A stretch of 64,000 bases of DNA from an archaeon GW2011_AR5 (lineage in GTDB: Archaea; Aenigmatarchaeota; Aenigmatarchaeia; GW2011-AR5). The DNA is taken from contig JWKQ01000002.1 in assembly GCA_000806115.1 (NCBI GenBank), positions 52,497 to 116,496 on the forward strand. Reading direction: 5' to 3'. The notes under the pieces were generated by a model that searched no databases, was not told where the DNA came from, and saw nothing but the letters and a program-made list of their open reading frames with translations. Below, in pieces: positions 47,929 through 57,937 of the stretch. Position 1 is the first letter of the stretch; each line of letters begins with the position of its first letter. The translations under genes and the position numbers were made by a program.

Positions 47929-48746
47929 CTGTTTTGCACCAGATACGCATTCAGGGTGTTCTGCACCAGCATAGCTACCGTCATGGGTCCGACACCGCCG
48001 GGCACCGGCGTAATTGCAGCCGCCTTTTCCTTTACAGAAGCGTCTGCGTCGCCTACGAGCTTTTTGCCGTCCCTGTTTATGCCGACATCTATAATTATTG
48101 CATTTTCTTTTATCATGTCGCCCTTCAGGTAATTCGGCTTGCCGACTGCAACAATTACTATATCAGAATTCTTCGTTATATTTTCTATGTTCTTCGTTTT
48201 AGTGTGACACATTGTAACGGTAGCATCCCTGTTGTAAAGCATGGAATAGAGCGGCTTGCCAACATGCGCGCTTCTGCCTATGATTGCAACGTTGGCGCCG
48301 CTTATCTTTGTATTTTCTTCGAGAATTTTGATTATGCCGTACGGTGTGCATGCCGGCATGCTTTCGTCGCCGTAAGCGAGTCTTCCGAGATTGAAGGGAT
48401 GCATGCCGTCGACATCTTTCATCGGATCCAGAAGTTCAATGAATTTCTGTGTGTCGAGCCCGGGGAGGGGAAGCTGGATGAGTACGCCATTTACTGACAT
48501 GTCATTGTTTAGTTTTTTTAGAAGACTTGCCAGAGATTCTCCGTCGTCCGCTCTGTGTATCTCTGCCTGCATTCCGACCGACTCGCATGTCTTTTTTTTA
48601 ATCTTCACGTATGTCAGAGAAGCTGGATCGTTGCCGACAAGTATAGTTGCTAGTTTTGGTTTGATGCTGTTTTCTCTAATATATTTTTTTGTCTCTGAAA
48701 GGTATTTGTCAGCCGTCCTTTTTCCGTCTATGATTTTGCATGACAT
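47925..48746 (-). CDS. folD: Methylene-THF dehydrogenase/cyclohydrolase
   Basis: YVKIK, QLPLP, KDVDG, CTPYG, GRS..VGKP, TPVPGGVGPMT. Confidence 0.96.
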   Translation of the reverse strand: MSCKIIDGKRTADKYLSETKKYIRENSIKPKLATILVGNDPASLTYVKIKKKTCESVGMQAEIHRADDGESLASLLKKLNNDMSVNGVLIQLPLPGLDTQKFIELLDPMKDVDGMHPFNLGRLAYGDESMPACTPYGIIKILEENTKISGANVAIIGRSAHVGKPLYSMLYNRDATVTMCHTKTKNIENITKNSDIVIVAVGKPNYLKGDMIKENAIIIDVGINRDGKKLVGDADASVKEKAAAITPVPGGVGPMTVAMLVQNTLNAYLVQNR

Positions 48747-48751
48747 CCAAA

Positions 48752-49861
48752 TCATCTCAGAATTATATCGACGATTTTCTTGCTACTTTTTCCGTCGCCG
48801 AACGGGTTCTCCCAGTTGCGCTTCCTTTCCATCATTATATCAGCGCACTCCACTATCTTATCCGGGTCCGTCCCTGCAAGTATGTTTGCGCCGACATCTA
48901 TCGTCTCGGGCCTCTCTGTATTTTCCCTGAGTGTTACACATGGCACGCGGAGCACGCAGCTTTCTTCCTGGACGCCGCCCGAGTCGGTAAGTATGAGGCT
49001 TGCTTCCTGTTCAAGCTTTAGGAATTCCATGAAGCCGATAGGATCAATGAGTACTACGCCCTCTGGTGGAACAATATCAAATCTTTCCATAAGTTTTCTT
49101 GATCTGGGATGGACTGGATAAACTACAGGCTTGCCGAACTTGTTGTGCACCCTGCCGAATGCCCCCATGACATTGGAGAACTTTTCTCTTACATCAGCAT
49201 TCTCCTGTCTGTGAAACGTGGCGAGAACATATCCCCGGTCCAGACCGAGTTTGTCAAGTATTTCATTTCTGGATGAAGTTTTCACGGCATCATTCAGAGC
49301 GTCGACAATGGTGTTGCCTGTGACGCTTATCCTGCTTCTGTGTATGCCTTCCTTCAGCATGTTATCAGCTGCGCGCTGAGTCGGCGCAAAAAGAAAATCA
49401 GAGAGATGATCGGCTATTATCCTGTTCGCCTCCTCAGGCATCGTCCTGTCGTAGCTCCTCAATCCCGCCTCGACATGTCCAAGCATTACATTGATGTTTG
49501 TGAATGGAGCAGTTGTCGCAAGTTTTCGCGTCGTGAGTGAGCCTGCGAGAGTGCTGTTTGTGTCGCCCTGTGTTAGTACAATGCCGGGTTTCTCGTCAAG
49601 TATTATTTTCTCGATATCAATTAGCATTCTGCCGGTATGCTCGCCCTGCAGGAATGGCGCGGAAGATCTTATTCCAAGGTTATATCTTGGTGTTGGGAGA
49701 CTGAGTTGCTCGAAGAATACCTTCTCCATCTCATAATTGTAATGCTGTCCTGTGTATATCAGAAAATAGTCTGCTCCGCGGCTTTCGAGTTCCTTTATCA
49801 GCGGGCTTGTTTTTATGATTTCAGGTCTTGTACCGGCTACAATAGCTACTTTGCTGGGCAT
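48752..49861 (-). CDS. wecB: UDP-GlcNAc 2-epimerase (non-hydrolysing)
   Basis: GTRPEIIK, TGQHY, HVEAGLRS, TDSGGVQEE, TERPE. Confidence 0.95.
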   Translation of the reverse strand: MPSKVAIVAGTRPEIIKTSPLIKELESRGADYFLIYTGQHYNYEMEKVFFEQLSLPTPRYNLGIRSSAPFLQGEHTGRMLIDIEKIILDEKPGIVLTQGDTNSTLAGSLTTRKLATTAPFTNINVMLGHVEAGLRSYDRTMPEEANRIIADHLSDFLFAPTQRAADNMLKEGIHRSRISVTGNTIVDALNDAVKTSSRNEILDKLGLDRGYVLATFHRQENADVREKFSNVMGAFGRVHNKFGKPVVYPVHPRSRKLMERFDIVPPEGVVLIDPIGFMEFLKLEQEASLILTDSGGVQEESCVLRVPCVTLRENTERPETIDVGANILAGTDPDKIVECADIMMERKRNWENPFGDGKSSKKIVDIILR

Positions 49862-49954
49862 ATGAACAAGTCCGGATGAAAAGATTTAAACCGATTCTAG
49901 GACAAAACCAAAAATCTCTCAAACCTATTAAGCTTTTCTTTGCGTATCTCACTA

Positions 49955-50860
49955 ATGGACATTAGTGTGATTGTTCCAATACACAACAGCAGACATTTTC
50001 TTTCTGATCTTGTAAAATCTTTGACGAATCAGGACTATCGCGGCAGCTATGAAATAATATTTGTTGATGACGGATCAACAGACGGGACAGACACTCTGAT
50101 GAAGAGTCTTGCAGGAAATGTTTCTAATATCAGGCAGAAAAAATCAGGTCCTGCTACGGCAAGAAATCTCGGAATAAGACATTCACGCGGCAGGATACTT
50201 GCATTCACTGATAGCGACTGCATACCCAATAGGAACTGGCTCTCAGAACTGGATAGGGCGTTCAAGGGCGGCGTGAGTGCGGTTGAGGGAAAGGTTGTCA
50301 CAAAGGGGCGTATCTATTCGGATTCCCATTTCATTTCCAGCAATGGTGGGATGTTCCTTACGTCTAACATAGCCTTCCTGCGCCGTTCTATCAGGGGTTT
50401 CGATGAGCGATACCAGTACCCTAACAGGGAAGATTCTGACATTGCATTCGGCATTTTATCAGGCGGCAAAACGATTGTTTTCACGAAGAAAGCAGTCGTG
50501 AGGCACAGATTGCTGAAAAGTTCGCTTTTTGGGATGCTGAAGAGAAAGTTGTACTTCGAGTCTGACGTTCTTCTTTTTAAGAAGTATCCGTATCTTTACA
50601 GGAAGTATATCAGATTCCCTTTTGAAAGATTCACACCCTTATACATTATCTTCAGCGTGGCAGGATTCATAAATCCGCTGCTATGGATAGGTATTCCGCT
50701 CACAGCTGCTGCAGAAGTCAAGTACAGAAAATATAAGTTCAGCGCCGTGTCTTATATAAAATTCTTGATCGCGCAGGCTGTTGGAAGCTTTTTGAATTTG
50801 TTCGCTGTTGTTACCGGCTGTGTAAGGTACCGAGTGAATCCAATCAGGCTGATTCTCTGA
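49955..50860 (+). CDS. GT2 glycosyltransferase
   Basis: VDDGSTD, GPATARN, FTDSDC, ED. Confidence 0.88.
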   Translation: MDISVIVPIHNSRHFLSDLVKSLTNQDYRGSYEIIFVDDGSTDGTDTLMKSLAGNVSNIRQKKSGPATARNLGIRHSRGRILAFTDSDCIPNRNWLSELDRAFKGGVSAVEGKVVTKGRIYSDSHFISSNGGMFLTSNIAFLRRSIRGFDERYQYPNREDSDIAFGILSGGKTIVFTKKAVVRHRLLKSSLFGMLKRKLYFESDVLLFKKYPYLYRKYIRFPFERFTPLYIIFSVAGFINPLLWIGIPLTAAAEVKYRKYKFSAVSYIKFLIAQAVGSFLNLFAVVTGCVRYRVNPIRLIL

Positions 50861-51779
50861 AATATTTGATTGTTGACTTCATGCCTTCCTCTATTCCAAC
50901 ACTTGGCTTCCAGCCAAGGATTTTTCCCGCTTTGGCTATGTCTGGTTTCCTTCTCGTGGGATCGTCCGTCGGAATTTGTCTGAAAACTTTCTTTGATTTT
51001 GAATCTGTCAGTCTGATAACAATATCCGCTAGTTCAAGCATAGTTATTTCATTGGGGTTTCCCAGGTTTATTACTTCACCCGCCGATTTTTCGCTGAACA
51101 TTGCGCGTTCTATGCCTTCCACCATGTCTGAAACGTAGCAGAAGGAACGTGTCTGTCTGCCGTCTCCGTATATTGTAATCGGTTTGCTGGAAATTGCCTG
51201 ATTCACAAAATTCGGCACGACACGCCCGTCATTCTTGTTCATTCTTGGACCGTATGTGTTGAATATCCTTATGATAGTCCAATTGACTCCGGGAAAGCTA
51301 GAGACTAGCGCTTCCGAGAAACGCTTCCCCTCATCATAGCACGCCCTCGGCCCGTTTGGGTTGACATTTCCCCAGTAAGTTTCTTTCTGCGGATGTTCTT
51401 TTGGATCCCCGTATACCTCGGAAGATGACGCGTAAAGGATTTTGGCGTTATTTTCTTTTGCGAGATTGAGAAGATTGAGGGTGCCGACCGAGTTCGCCAT
51501 AAGTGTTTCGACAGGATATTTTTGGTAGTGTACCGGACTTGCAGGAGATGCCATATGAAAAATAAAATCTACACTGTCTATATCAACCTGTTTTGTTATA
51601 TCCTGGTGGATGAAAGAGAAACTTCCGTCTTTTTCAAATTCCTTCAAGTTGTTTCTTTTTCCTGTTATTTCATTATCAGCACATATCACATTGAACCTTT
51701 TTTTCAAGAGGTCTTGGCAAAGCCAGCTGCCGATGAATCCCGAGCCGCCGGCTACTAGGACAGTTTTTTTTGTTTTCAT
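50844..51779 (-). CDS. UDP-glucuronate decarboxylase (UDP-xylose synthase)
   Basis: HMASPASP, SSEVYGDP, YWGNVNPNGPRACYDEGKR, DGRVVPNF. Confidence 0.92.
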   Translation of the reverse strand: MKTKKTVLVAGGSGFIGSWLCQDLLKKRFNVICADNEITGKRNNLKEFEKDGSFSFIHQDITKQVDIDSVDFIFHMASPASPVHYQKYPVETLMANSVGTLNLLNLAKENNAKILYASSSEVYGDPKEHPQKETYWGNVNPNGPRACYDEGKRFSEALVSSFPGVNWTIIRIFNTYGPRMNKNDGRVVPNFVNQAISSKPITIYGDGRQTRSFCYVSDMVEGIERAMFSEKSAGEVINLGNPNEITMLELADIVIRLTDSKSKKVFRQIPTDDPTRRKPDIAKAGKILGWKPSVGIEEGMKSTIKYFRESA

Positions 51780-51783
51780 GCAA

Positions 51784-52596
51784 TCACTTTCTGTTGTTGG
51801 AAGGCGGTATTATAAGCCCGTCATGCGCCATCTTATTGGCATTCTCATACGCCTCTATAGTGCTGATGTCTATCCAGTACGGAAGTTTTGTGACAAATCC
51901 TGCAAGCTTGTCGTCCTTTGCAAGAAGAGGAAAGAGTGAATTCTCGACTTTTATGCTCTCCCTAGGCAGCATATCGAAGACGTCGCCTATCTCAAGTATG
52001 TAATATCCGCCGTTCGCGAGCCTTGACGGGGCGTCCTCGAGCCGCGGCTTCTCCACGAAATGTTCGACAAGATTGAAGCCTTTTGACTGTTTTATTTTTG
52101 CAATTCCGAACCTGTTCAGCTGGTCTGCAGGCGCCTCGAACAGAAGTACTGTTGCGGATGTCCCGAGCTCTGCGCGGCATTTATCATGGTAGTCTATCAT
52201 GGACTTGATGTCAAATTGCGTCAGATTGTCGCCGTAAACGACGATGATCCTGCCGCTGCGGATATTCGTCTCCTCAAGTATGTATCTTATGTCGCCGGCA
52301 GTCTCCCTTTGCGGCGTCGGTATCGTGCGCACCTTGCACGGGTAGTTCATGTTCTTGAGGTACGAATCGATTGAAATGCCGTGTATGTGGGAAAGCGTCC
52401 TTTCCTCCGTGTCCTCGCCTGTCGTGCCGGACACCGCCACTATAATCTCGTCTATGCTGTCGTCCAGTACGCTCCTTATCACCCAGTCAAGCATGGGCTT
52501 GCCGTGAACAGGCAGCAGGGGCTTTGGAATGCCGTATGTCAGCGGTCTCAGCCGCGTCCCTTTGCCCGCCGCAAGAATTATCGCTTTCACCAGCAA
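51784..52596 (-). CDS. Sugar-1-phosphate nucleotidyltransferase
   Basis: ILAAGKGTRLRPLT..PKPL, GDN, FVEKP. Confidence 0.9.
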   Translation of the reverse strand: MLVKAIILAAGKGTRLRPLTYGIPKPLLPVHGKPMLDWVIRSVLDDSIDEIIVAVSGTTGEDTEERTLSHIHGISIDSYLKNMNYPCKVRTIPTPQRETAGDIRYILEETNIRSGRIIVVYGDNLTQFDIKSMIDYHDKCRAELGTSATVLLFEAPADQLNRFGIAKIKQSKGFNLVEHFVEKPRLEDAPSRLANGGYYILEIGDVFDMLPRESIKVENSLFPLLAKDDKLAGFVTKLPYWIDISTIEAYENANKMAHDGLIIPPSNNRK

Positions 52597-53867
52597 ACAC
52601 CCTCATAGCCGCTTACCTTTTCCGGATCGAGTATTTTCCTTCCTTCAATTATTATTCTATTGTTCATGGCACTAAAGTCCTTGTCAGTGAGCGAAGCGAA
52701 TTCTTCCCAGCCCGTGAGTATCAGGCATGCGTCCGCCGCATTCAGCGCTTCTGCTGCGCTGCCCGTATAAGTGAGGTTGGGGAATATCTTTTTCATGTTC
52801 TCCGAAGCTTTCGGGTCGTAGCATCTTACGCTGCAGCCGCGCCTGAGAAGCTCAGTTACTACAGGAATTGACGGGGCGTCCCTGACGTCGTCCGTGCCCT
52901 CCTTGAATGCCAGCCCGAGTATTGCTACAGCCCTGTTGCGTATATCAGCTCTTTTTTCAAGAAGTGAAACTATCCTTAGCGGCTGCGCGGCATTGACGGA
53001 AAGCACGGTTTCAAGGATTCGTGATTTGTCGCCGGACTCGTCGGTTTTTCTGAGCAGCGCGCTTACGTCTTTTCCGAAGCAGCTGCCTCCGAACCCTATG
53101 CCTGCCTGAAGGAAGTGCCCGCCTATTCTTTTGTCGAGCCCCATTCCTTCCGCAACTTCATTGACGTCGATGTCCAGTGTTTTGCAAAGGTTCCCAATCT
53201 CGTTGATAAACGTTATCTTGGTCGCAAGGAACGCGTTGGAAGCGTATTTTATGAGTTCGGCTGTCTTGATGCTGGTGCGTTTTATTGGACAGTTGAAGCT
53301 GCTGTAAAGTTCCTGCAGCCTGTCGCATGACTCCCTGTCATATCCGCCTATCACGATCCTGTCTGGGTTGAAGAAGTCGTCAAGCGCTTTTCCTTCCCTC
53401 AGGAATTCGGGGTTCACGCATACGCCGAAACCCTTGCCGACGGTTTTGCCAGAAACCCTTTCAATTGCAGGGATTACGGTATTCTCAGTGGTGCCGGGGA
53501 GCACGGTGGATTTAACCACGACTGTGGCGTCGTTGTTCTTTATGAAATTTCCTATGTCCTCTGACGCCTTCTCTATATATTTCAAATCAATGTTTCCGTC
53601 CTGTTTCGAAGGCGTGCCGACCGCAATGAAAATGAAGTCGGTGTCCTTGACCGTTCCGATATTTTGTGTCGCGGAAAGTTTTCCGGTTTTTACAGCTTTT
53701 GCAAGAAGTTCTCCGAGCCCTTCCTCGTATATGGGAGGTTCGCCGCGGTTGATGCAGTCGACTTTGTTCTTGTCGACATCTACGCAGATTACTTCATGTT
53801 CCAGAGACGCAAAACCTGCGGCGGTGCACAACCCCACGTAACCCGAGCCTACAACTGTTATTCTCAT
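52587..53867 (-). CDS. ugd: UDP-glucose 6-dehydrogenase
   Basis: GSGYVG, VGTP, KSTV, NPEFLREG, GFGGSCF.KD. Confidence 0.93.
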   Translation of the reverse strand: MRITVVGSGYVGLCTAAGFASLEHEVICVDVDKNKVDCINRGEPPIYEEGLGELLAKAVKTGKLSATQNIGTVKDTDFIFIAVGTPSKQDGNIDLKYIEKASEDIGNFIKNNDATVVVKSTVLPGTTENTVIPAIERVSGKTVGKGFGVCVNPEFLREGKALDDFFNPDRIVIGGYDRESCDRLQELYSSFNCPIKRTSIKTAELIKYASNAFLATKITFINEIGNLCKTLDIDVNEVAEGMGLDKRIGGHFLQAGIGFGGSCFGKDVSALLRKTDESGDKSRILETVLSVNAAQPLRIVSLLEKRADIRNRAVAILGLAFKEGTDDVRDAPSIPVVTELLRRGCSVRCYDPKASENMKKIFPNLTYTGSAAEALNAADACLILTGWEEFASLTDKDFSAMNNRIIIEGRKILDPEKVSGYEGVCW

Positions 53868-53935
53868 TGACTATCAGTTTAAACAGGGGGTTTTAAAAAC
53901 ATTTAGAATGTTGCAGGAATTGCTCCAAAAATCCG

Positions 53936-55252
53936 CTATTTTCCGCTTATCAATCCCTTGATTACAAGCTTGGCGGCCCTTGGTATGTCTTTTTTCTTGA
54001 TCGTGGTCATGTTCGCGTAATAGTACGCGCGCACCCTTTCCTCCGCCGTATATTCGGCTGTGTCAAATACGGGCTTCGGCCTGGCGCCGATGTGGAACCC
54101 TTCTTTCCAGTCGCGCAATACCCTTGCGCTGGAATCTTTCTTCACCTGTTCCCATACCTCCGTGCCCGGATAAGGAACAAGAATTCCCCACGATGCCGTT
54201 ATGCCGAGGCGTTTGGCGAACTCCATGCTCCGCTTGTCAGCTTCGTATGTGCTGCCTATGAGCCCTATTATGAAGAATCCGTGAACTTTTATGCCGGCCG
54301 CCTGCGCTAAGCGTATTCCTCGTTCCACGTCTGCCAGTTTTTCTCCTTTTCGTATCTTGTCGAAAACTTCAGGGTCCCCGCTTTCAACGCCTATGGACAT
54401 CGCGTAGCATCCTGCCTGTTTCATCAGCGAGCACAGCTCCTCATCAAGCCTGTCTGCGCGTATTCCGTTGGGACATGTCCATTTCATGTCAAGGTTTTCC
54501 TCAATGAAAAGCCTGCAGATGTCTTTTGCCCTGTCCATCTGGAGCGTGAAGTTGTCGTCAAGCACCTTGAATTCCTTGCTGCTGTATTTCTCCTGCGCAT
54601 ATCTCAGCTCGGCAAGTATATTCTCTCCAGACCTTGTCCTGAACTTCCTTCCTATGACTGTCGGGACGTTGCAGTATGTGCACGTATACGGGCATCCCCT
54701 TGAAGTAACAAGAGGCCAGTTTTCTATCTTCTGTATCTCGCCGTTGATGTTAACCGAGTCAAAATCGTCATAATTTGGAAATGGCAGGGAATCGAGGTTG
54801 GAAATCCATTCGCTTGCGTGGTTTTGCACGACTTTTCCGTCTTTCCTGTAAATGAGCCCGGTGATTTCCGAGGGTTCTTTCCCCGACAGTATCTCTCTGA
54901 AAACGTACTCAGCCTCGCCGAAAACCCCCATATCAAATACGGGATTGTCAACGAGGAGGTTATAGCCGTCCACCATCACGTGAGGCCCGCCTGCGATTAT
55001 TTTCGTCTTCGGGTTCAGTTTTTTCACCATGTTTGCCACCATGATGGATTCGTCAAGCGTGAACGACTTCATGGATATGCCGACGAAGTCCGCGTCTCTT
55101 GCAGACTCGAGTCTTTTGTCGAGGTTTCCCGACCTGTTCACGAAGTCAACGACGTGCACCGTGTGTTCGTCGCGTATACTCGCGGCTATAGAAGCTATGC
55201 CGTTGTTGAGCCCTTCCCACACCCCTTTCGGATCTACAAATACAACTTTCAT
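53936..55252 (-). CDS. B12-binding radical SAM protein
   Basis: GGPH, GEAE, SRGCPYTCTYC, GVESG. Confidence 0.92.
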   Translation of the reverse strand: MKVVFVDPKGVWEGLNNGIASIAASIRDEHTVHVVDFVNRSGNLDKRLESARDADFVGISMKSFTLDESIMVANMVKKLNPKTKIIAGGPHVMVDGYNLLVDNPVFDMGVFGEAEYVFREILSGKEPSEITGLIYRKDGKVVQNHASEWISNLDSLPFPNYDDFDSVNINGEIQKIENWPLVTSRGCPYTCTYCNVPTVIGRKFRTRSGENILAELRYAQEKYSSKEFKVLDDNFTLQMDRAKDICRLFIEENLDMKWTCPNGIRADRLDEELCSLMKQAGCYAMSIGVESGDPEVFDKIRKGEKLADVERGIRLAQAAGIKVHGFFIIGLIGSTYEADKRSMEFAKRLGITASWGILVPYPGTEVWEQVKKDSSARVLRDWKEGFHIGARPKPVFDTAEYTAEERVRAYYYANMTTIKKKDIPRAAKLVIKGLISGK

Positions 55253-55384
55253 GTTATCACCCTGTAAGAAACACCAGAATTCTAAATTCATGTCTAGGTT
55301 CTTAAGTTAATAACACGACAATTTATTTTAAAGTGACATTGGTACAAGCTTCAAAATAAGAACGTCAAAAATCTGTTTTTTAAA

Positions 55385-55454
55385 GTGAATCCAGTAAGTT
55401 TATGTGTGGATTCACTTATAGTTCCTAAGGACAGTTTTTCCTTGGAGAACTATA
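55385..55454 (+). repeat. Family 1 double-hairpin repeat, diverged copy
   Basis: GTGAATCCA/TGGATTCAC then TATAGTTCCTAAGGA/TCCTTGG-A-GAACTATA. Confidence 0.7.
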
Positions 55455-55479
55455 TAGTTCCTAAAATGGAAGGTTTTCT

Positions 55480-56595
55480 ATGAGGATTGCTCTTTGCACG
55501 GAAATATTGTACCCTCTTTATGGCGTTGAGCGTCGTGTGTACGAGTTTGCGAGGCGTCTGCCGAAGTACGGTTTTGACGTCGAAGTCCTTACGTCCACGC
55601 AGCGCAGCCATTTCAAGCGCCTGAAAATCATCCAGGTAAGCAGGTGCACCATAACAAACCCGCCAAAGCGCAACTACGCTTTCTGCGCAAACTACATGTT
55701 CAGCCTTTTCCGCCAGCTCATGAAGCGCGATTATGATTTGGTGAATGCCGAAGGCCACCTTTCGCTGATTCCGTGTTCGGCTGCTGCTTCTTTGCGCAAG
55801 AAGGTTTCAATAGCGACGATACACGACCTATATCTCAGCGAATGGGGTAGCATGTACAAGAGCGCAGCCTCCCTGGCGGGTCTTCCGTTCGAGGCTGTGT
55901 CATGCAGGATGCCGTTCGACCACGTTCTTACAGTCAATTCTTCCCTGAAGGAAAAAATGAGCTCGGTTCTGAAAATACCCGAGAGAAAAGTGGAAATCCT
56001 GCACAGCGGGATTGACACGGGGTATATCGACTCTGTGAAAGGAAATGGGAAGGACGGTTCTGTAGTTTATGTCGGGCGCCTTGTGCCGCAGAAGGGCATT
56101 GAAATGCTTATCCGTTCATACGCAGTCCTCCCTGAAAATATAAGAAAATCTCACGAACTGAAGATAATCGGCGAAGGCTCGGAGCGCGGCAGGCTCGAAT
56201 CTCTTGCAAAGTCGCTCGGGATTTCAGTCAATTTCACCGGAAAGATAGAGAAGCATGAAGACGTGCTGAAGGAGCTGAAAAAAGCGTCCCTGTTCGTCCT
56301 GCCTTCCGTGCGCGAGAGCTTTGGCATCACAATACTTGAGGCGATGTGCTGCGGGGTGCCGGTAATTTCAACAAGAACAGAAGGCCCGTCGGACCACATA
56401 AGGGACGGCGAGACGGGTTTCCTAGTCGGCGACGGTAGTGGGATGGCAGAAAAGATGGAACTGGTTCTGTCAAGCAGCGTGCTCCGGAAAAAACTGTCAA
56501 GGAACGGCAGGGAATATGCGGCAAAGCACGACTGGGAAAACATCACGAAGAACGTGGCGGGTGTCTACAAAAAAGTTTATGAGAGAAAGCACTAA
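55480..56595 (+). CDS. GT4 glycosyltransferase
   Basis: VGRLVPQKG, ESFGITILEAMCCGVPVI. Confidence 0.92.
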   Translation: MRIALCTEILYPLYGVERRVYEFARRLPKYGFDVEVLTSTQRSHFKRLKIIQVSRCTITNPPKRNYAFCANYMFSLFRQLMKRDYDLVNAEGHLSLIPCSAAASLRKKVSIATIHDLYLSEWGSMYKSAASLAGLPFEAVSCRMPFDHVLTVNSSLKEKMSSVLKIPERKVEILHSGIDTGYIDSVKGNGKDGSVVYVGRLVPQKGIEMLIRSYAVLPENIRKSHELKIIGEGSERGRLESLAKSLGISVNFTGKIEKHEDVLKELKKASLFVLPSVRESFGITILEAMCCGVPVISTRTEGPSDHIRDGETGFLVGDGSGMAEKMELVLSSSVLRKKLSRNGREYAAKHDWENITKNVAGVYKKVYERKH

Positions 56596-56831
56596 ACGGC
56601 CAAAGAAGGGTCATGCACGAAGACGAAGCTTCCCCGTGCAGCATATGGCGCCCAAGATTCGAAATCTCTTCCGTCTGTAAGTCCTCTCGGTCGTTCTTCT
56701 CCTTTTATGTAGACCTTGTATACAAATGTCCTGTCGCCTTCTGTTCTCAGTATAACTTCTACAGCACCGGGCATGTTTGGATCCCACCTGCCGAAATATG
56801 CTAGTTGTTTTTCTGACATATTCAATCCCAA
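56592..56831 (-). CDS. Small hypothetical protein
   Basis: Fills the gap directly after the aglB C-terminal gene; no recognisable motif. Confidence 0.4.
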   Translation of the reverse strand: MGLNMSEKQLAYFGRWDPNMPGAVEVILRTEGDRTFVYKVYIKGEERPRGLTDGRDFESWAPYAARGSFVFVHDPSLAV

Positions 56832-56832
56832 G

Positions 56833-57936
56833 TTAAAATTTTACCTTGTAAAGCTTTACTTCCCCGCCCCAGTTGTTGACAAATTCAAAGTTCTCCAAAC
56901 CCTGCCCGTTGAACAGGAACATCCTCGTGAACATTGCGCCCTCGAGCTGTTCGGGTATGTAAAGTATTGCGCGGTTTCCCGGCTCTATCCATACCAGTCC
57001 CGGTATGCGCGCATCGCTCTGCGTGTAAAGGCGGCCCTGTCCCGTATTATCGAAGTACAGGAACTTCTCCACCTTCAATGGCTCCGCAATACCCTGCTGC
57101 TGGAAGAACACCGTAAGGCTTCCGTTAGAGTCATAGAGCACAAACGATTCCTGCTGCGAAACCGGATAAGTGTAAATTATGGCGTTCTGCCTGATATCAG
57201 GCCTTGCCTGTCCAAGGGGAATGGAGGCGTACACGTAAGGCGTTCCTTTCTTGTCAACCGGATTCCATGTTGCAAAGTAAGTCCACCACGTGCTCTTCCC
57301 TATCAGGTCTGACGATGCTATGTAATACATTGAGTCGCAGCCTGGCTTCCTGTATTCTTTCAGTATCTCGACGGCAAGGCTTTCATTCGACGTGAGCAGG
57401 GTTGTGGAAATGTCCTGTATGCGCGCCGTTGTTTTGTTCCCGTCCTTGTAAAGGACTATGTGGTTGATGTTGCTGTCGTATTTTTCCACTACAAGCCCTT
57501 CCTGGCCGCTGCTGGTTGGCCTCGCATAAAGATCGCCCTGGGATGCGCCGTCGAAAACCACCGCGCGCCTTCCTATGCCGGTTATGAAATGCCCTGGATC
57601 CCAGTATGTGGCAACAACAGTGCATTCCGGGGTGTTGTTCTTAATCCAGTTCAGAGCGTTGAACCAGTTGTCAGACAGCACTGTGCCCTGAGCCGATGCA
57701 AGCTGCATGCCCGGAGAGAAGTACAGGTAATAGCATATCACGAATATGAACCAGAGGACAAATATGAGCAGCGCTTCTCTTTTTGCAACCTTCTTGGCGT
57801 AGAACAGTCCTCCTGCTATCAGGAGCACAACGACGAACCCTCCAAAAGATATCAAAATATTTTGCCCAAAAGTTGCAAGGGTAACAAGCACCGACAATAC
57901 GAATGCCGCCGCAATGAATATTATGTTCTTTTCCAT
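56833..57936 (-). CDS. aglB: Oligosaccharyltransferase AglB/STT3, C-terminal half
   Basis: W..AL.WIK.NTP...VATYWDPGH (WWDYG variant), DG, DLIGK (DK motif), MFTRMF, VKLYKV. Confidence 0.8.
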   Translation of the reverse strand: MEKNIIFIAAAFVLSVLVTLATFGQNILISFGGFVVVLLIAGGLFYAKKVAKREALLIFVLWFIFVICYYLYFSPGMQLASAQGTVLSDNWFNALNWIKNNTPECTVVATYWDPGHFITGIGRRAVVFDGASQGDLYARPTSSGQEGLVVEKYDSNINHIVLYKDGNKTTARIQDISTTLLTSNESLAVEILKEYRKPGCDSMYYIASSDLIGKSTWWTYFATWNPVDKKGTPYVYASIPLGQARPDIRQNAIIYTYPVSQQESFVLYDSNGSLTVFFQQQGIAEPLKVEKFLYFDNTGQGRLYTQSDARIPGLVWIEPGNRAILYIPEQLEGAMFTRMFLFNGQGLENFEFVNNWGGEVKLYKVKF

Positions 57937-57937
57937 G

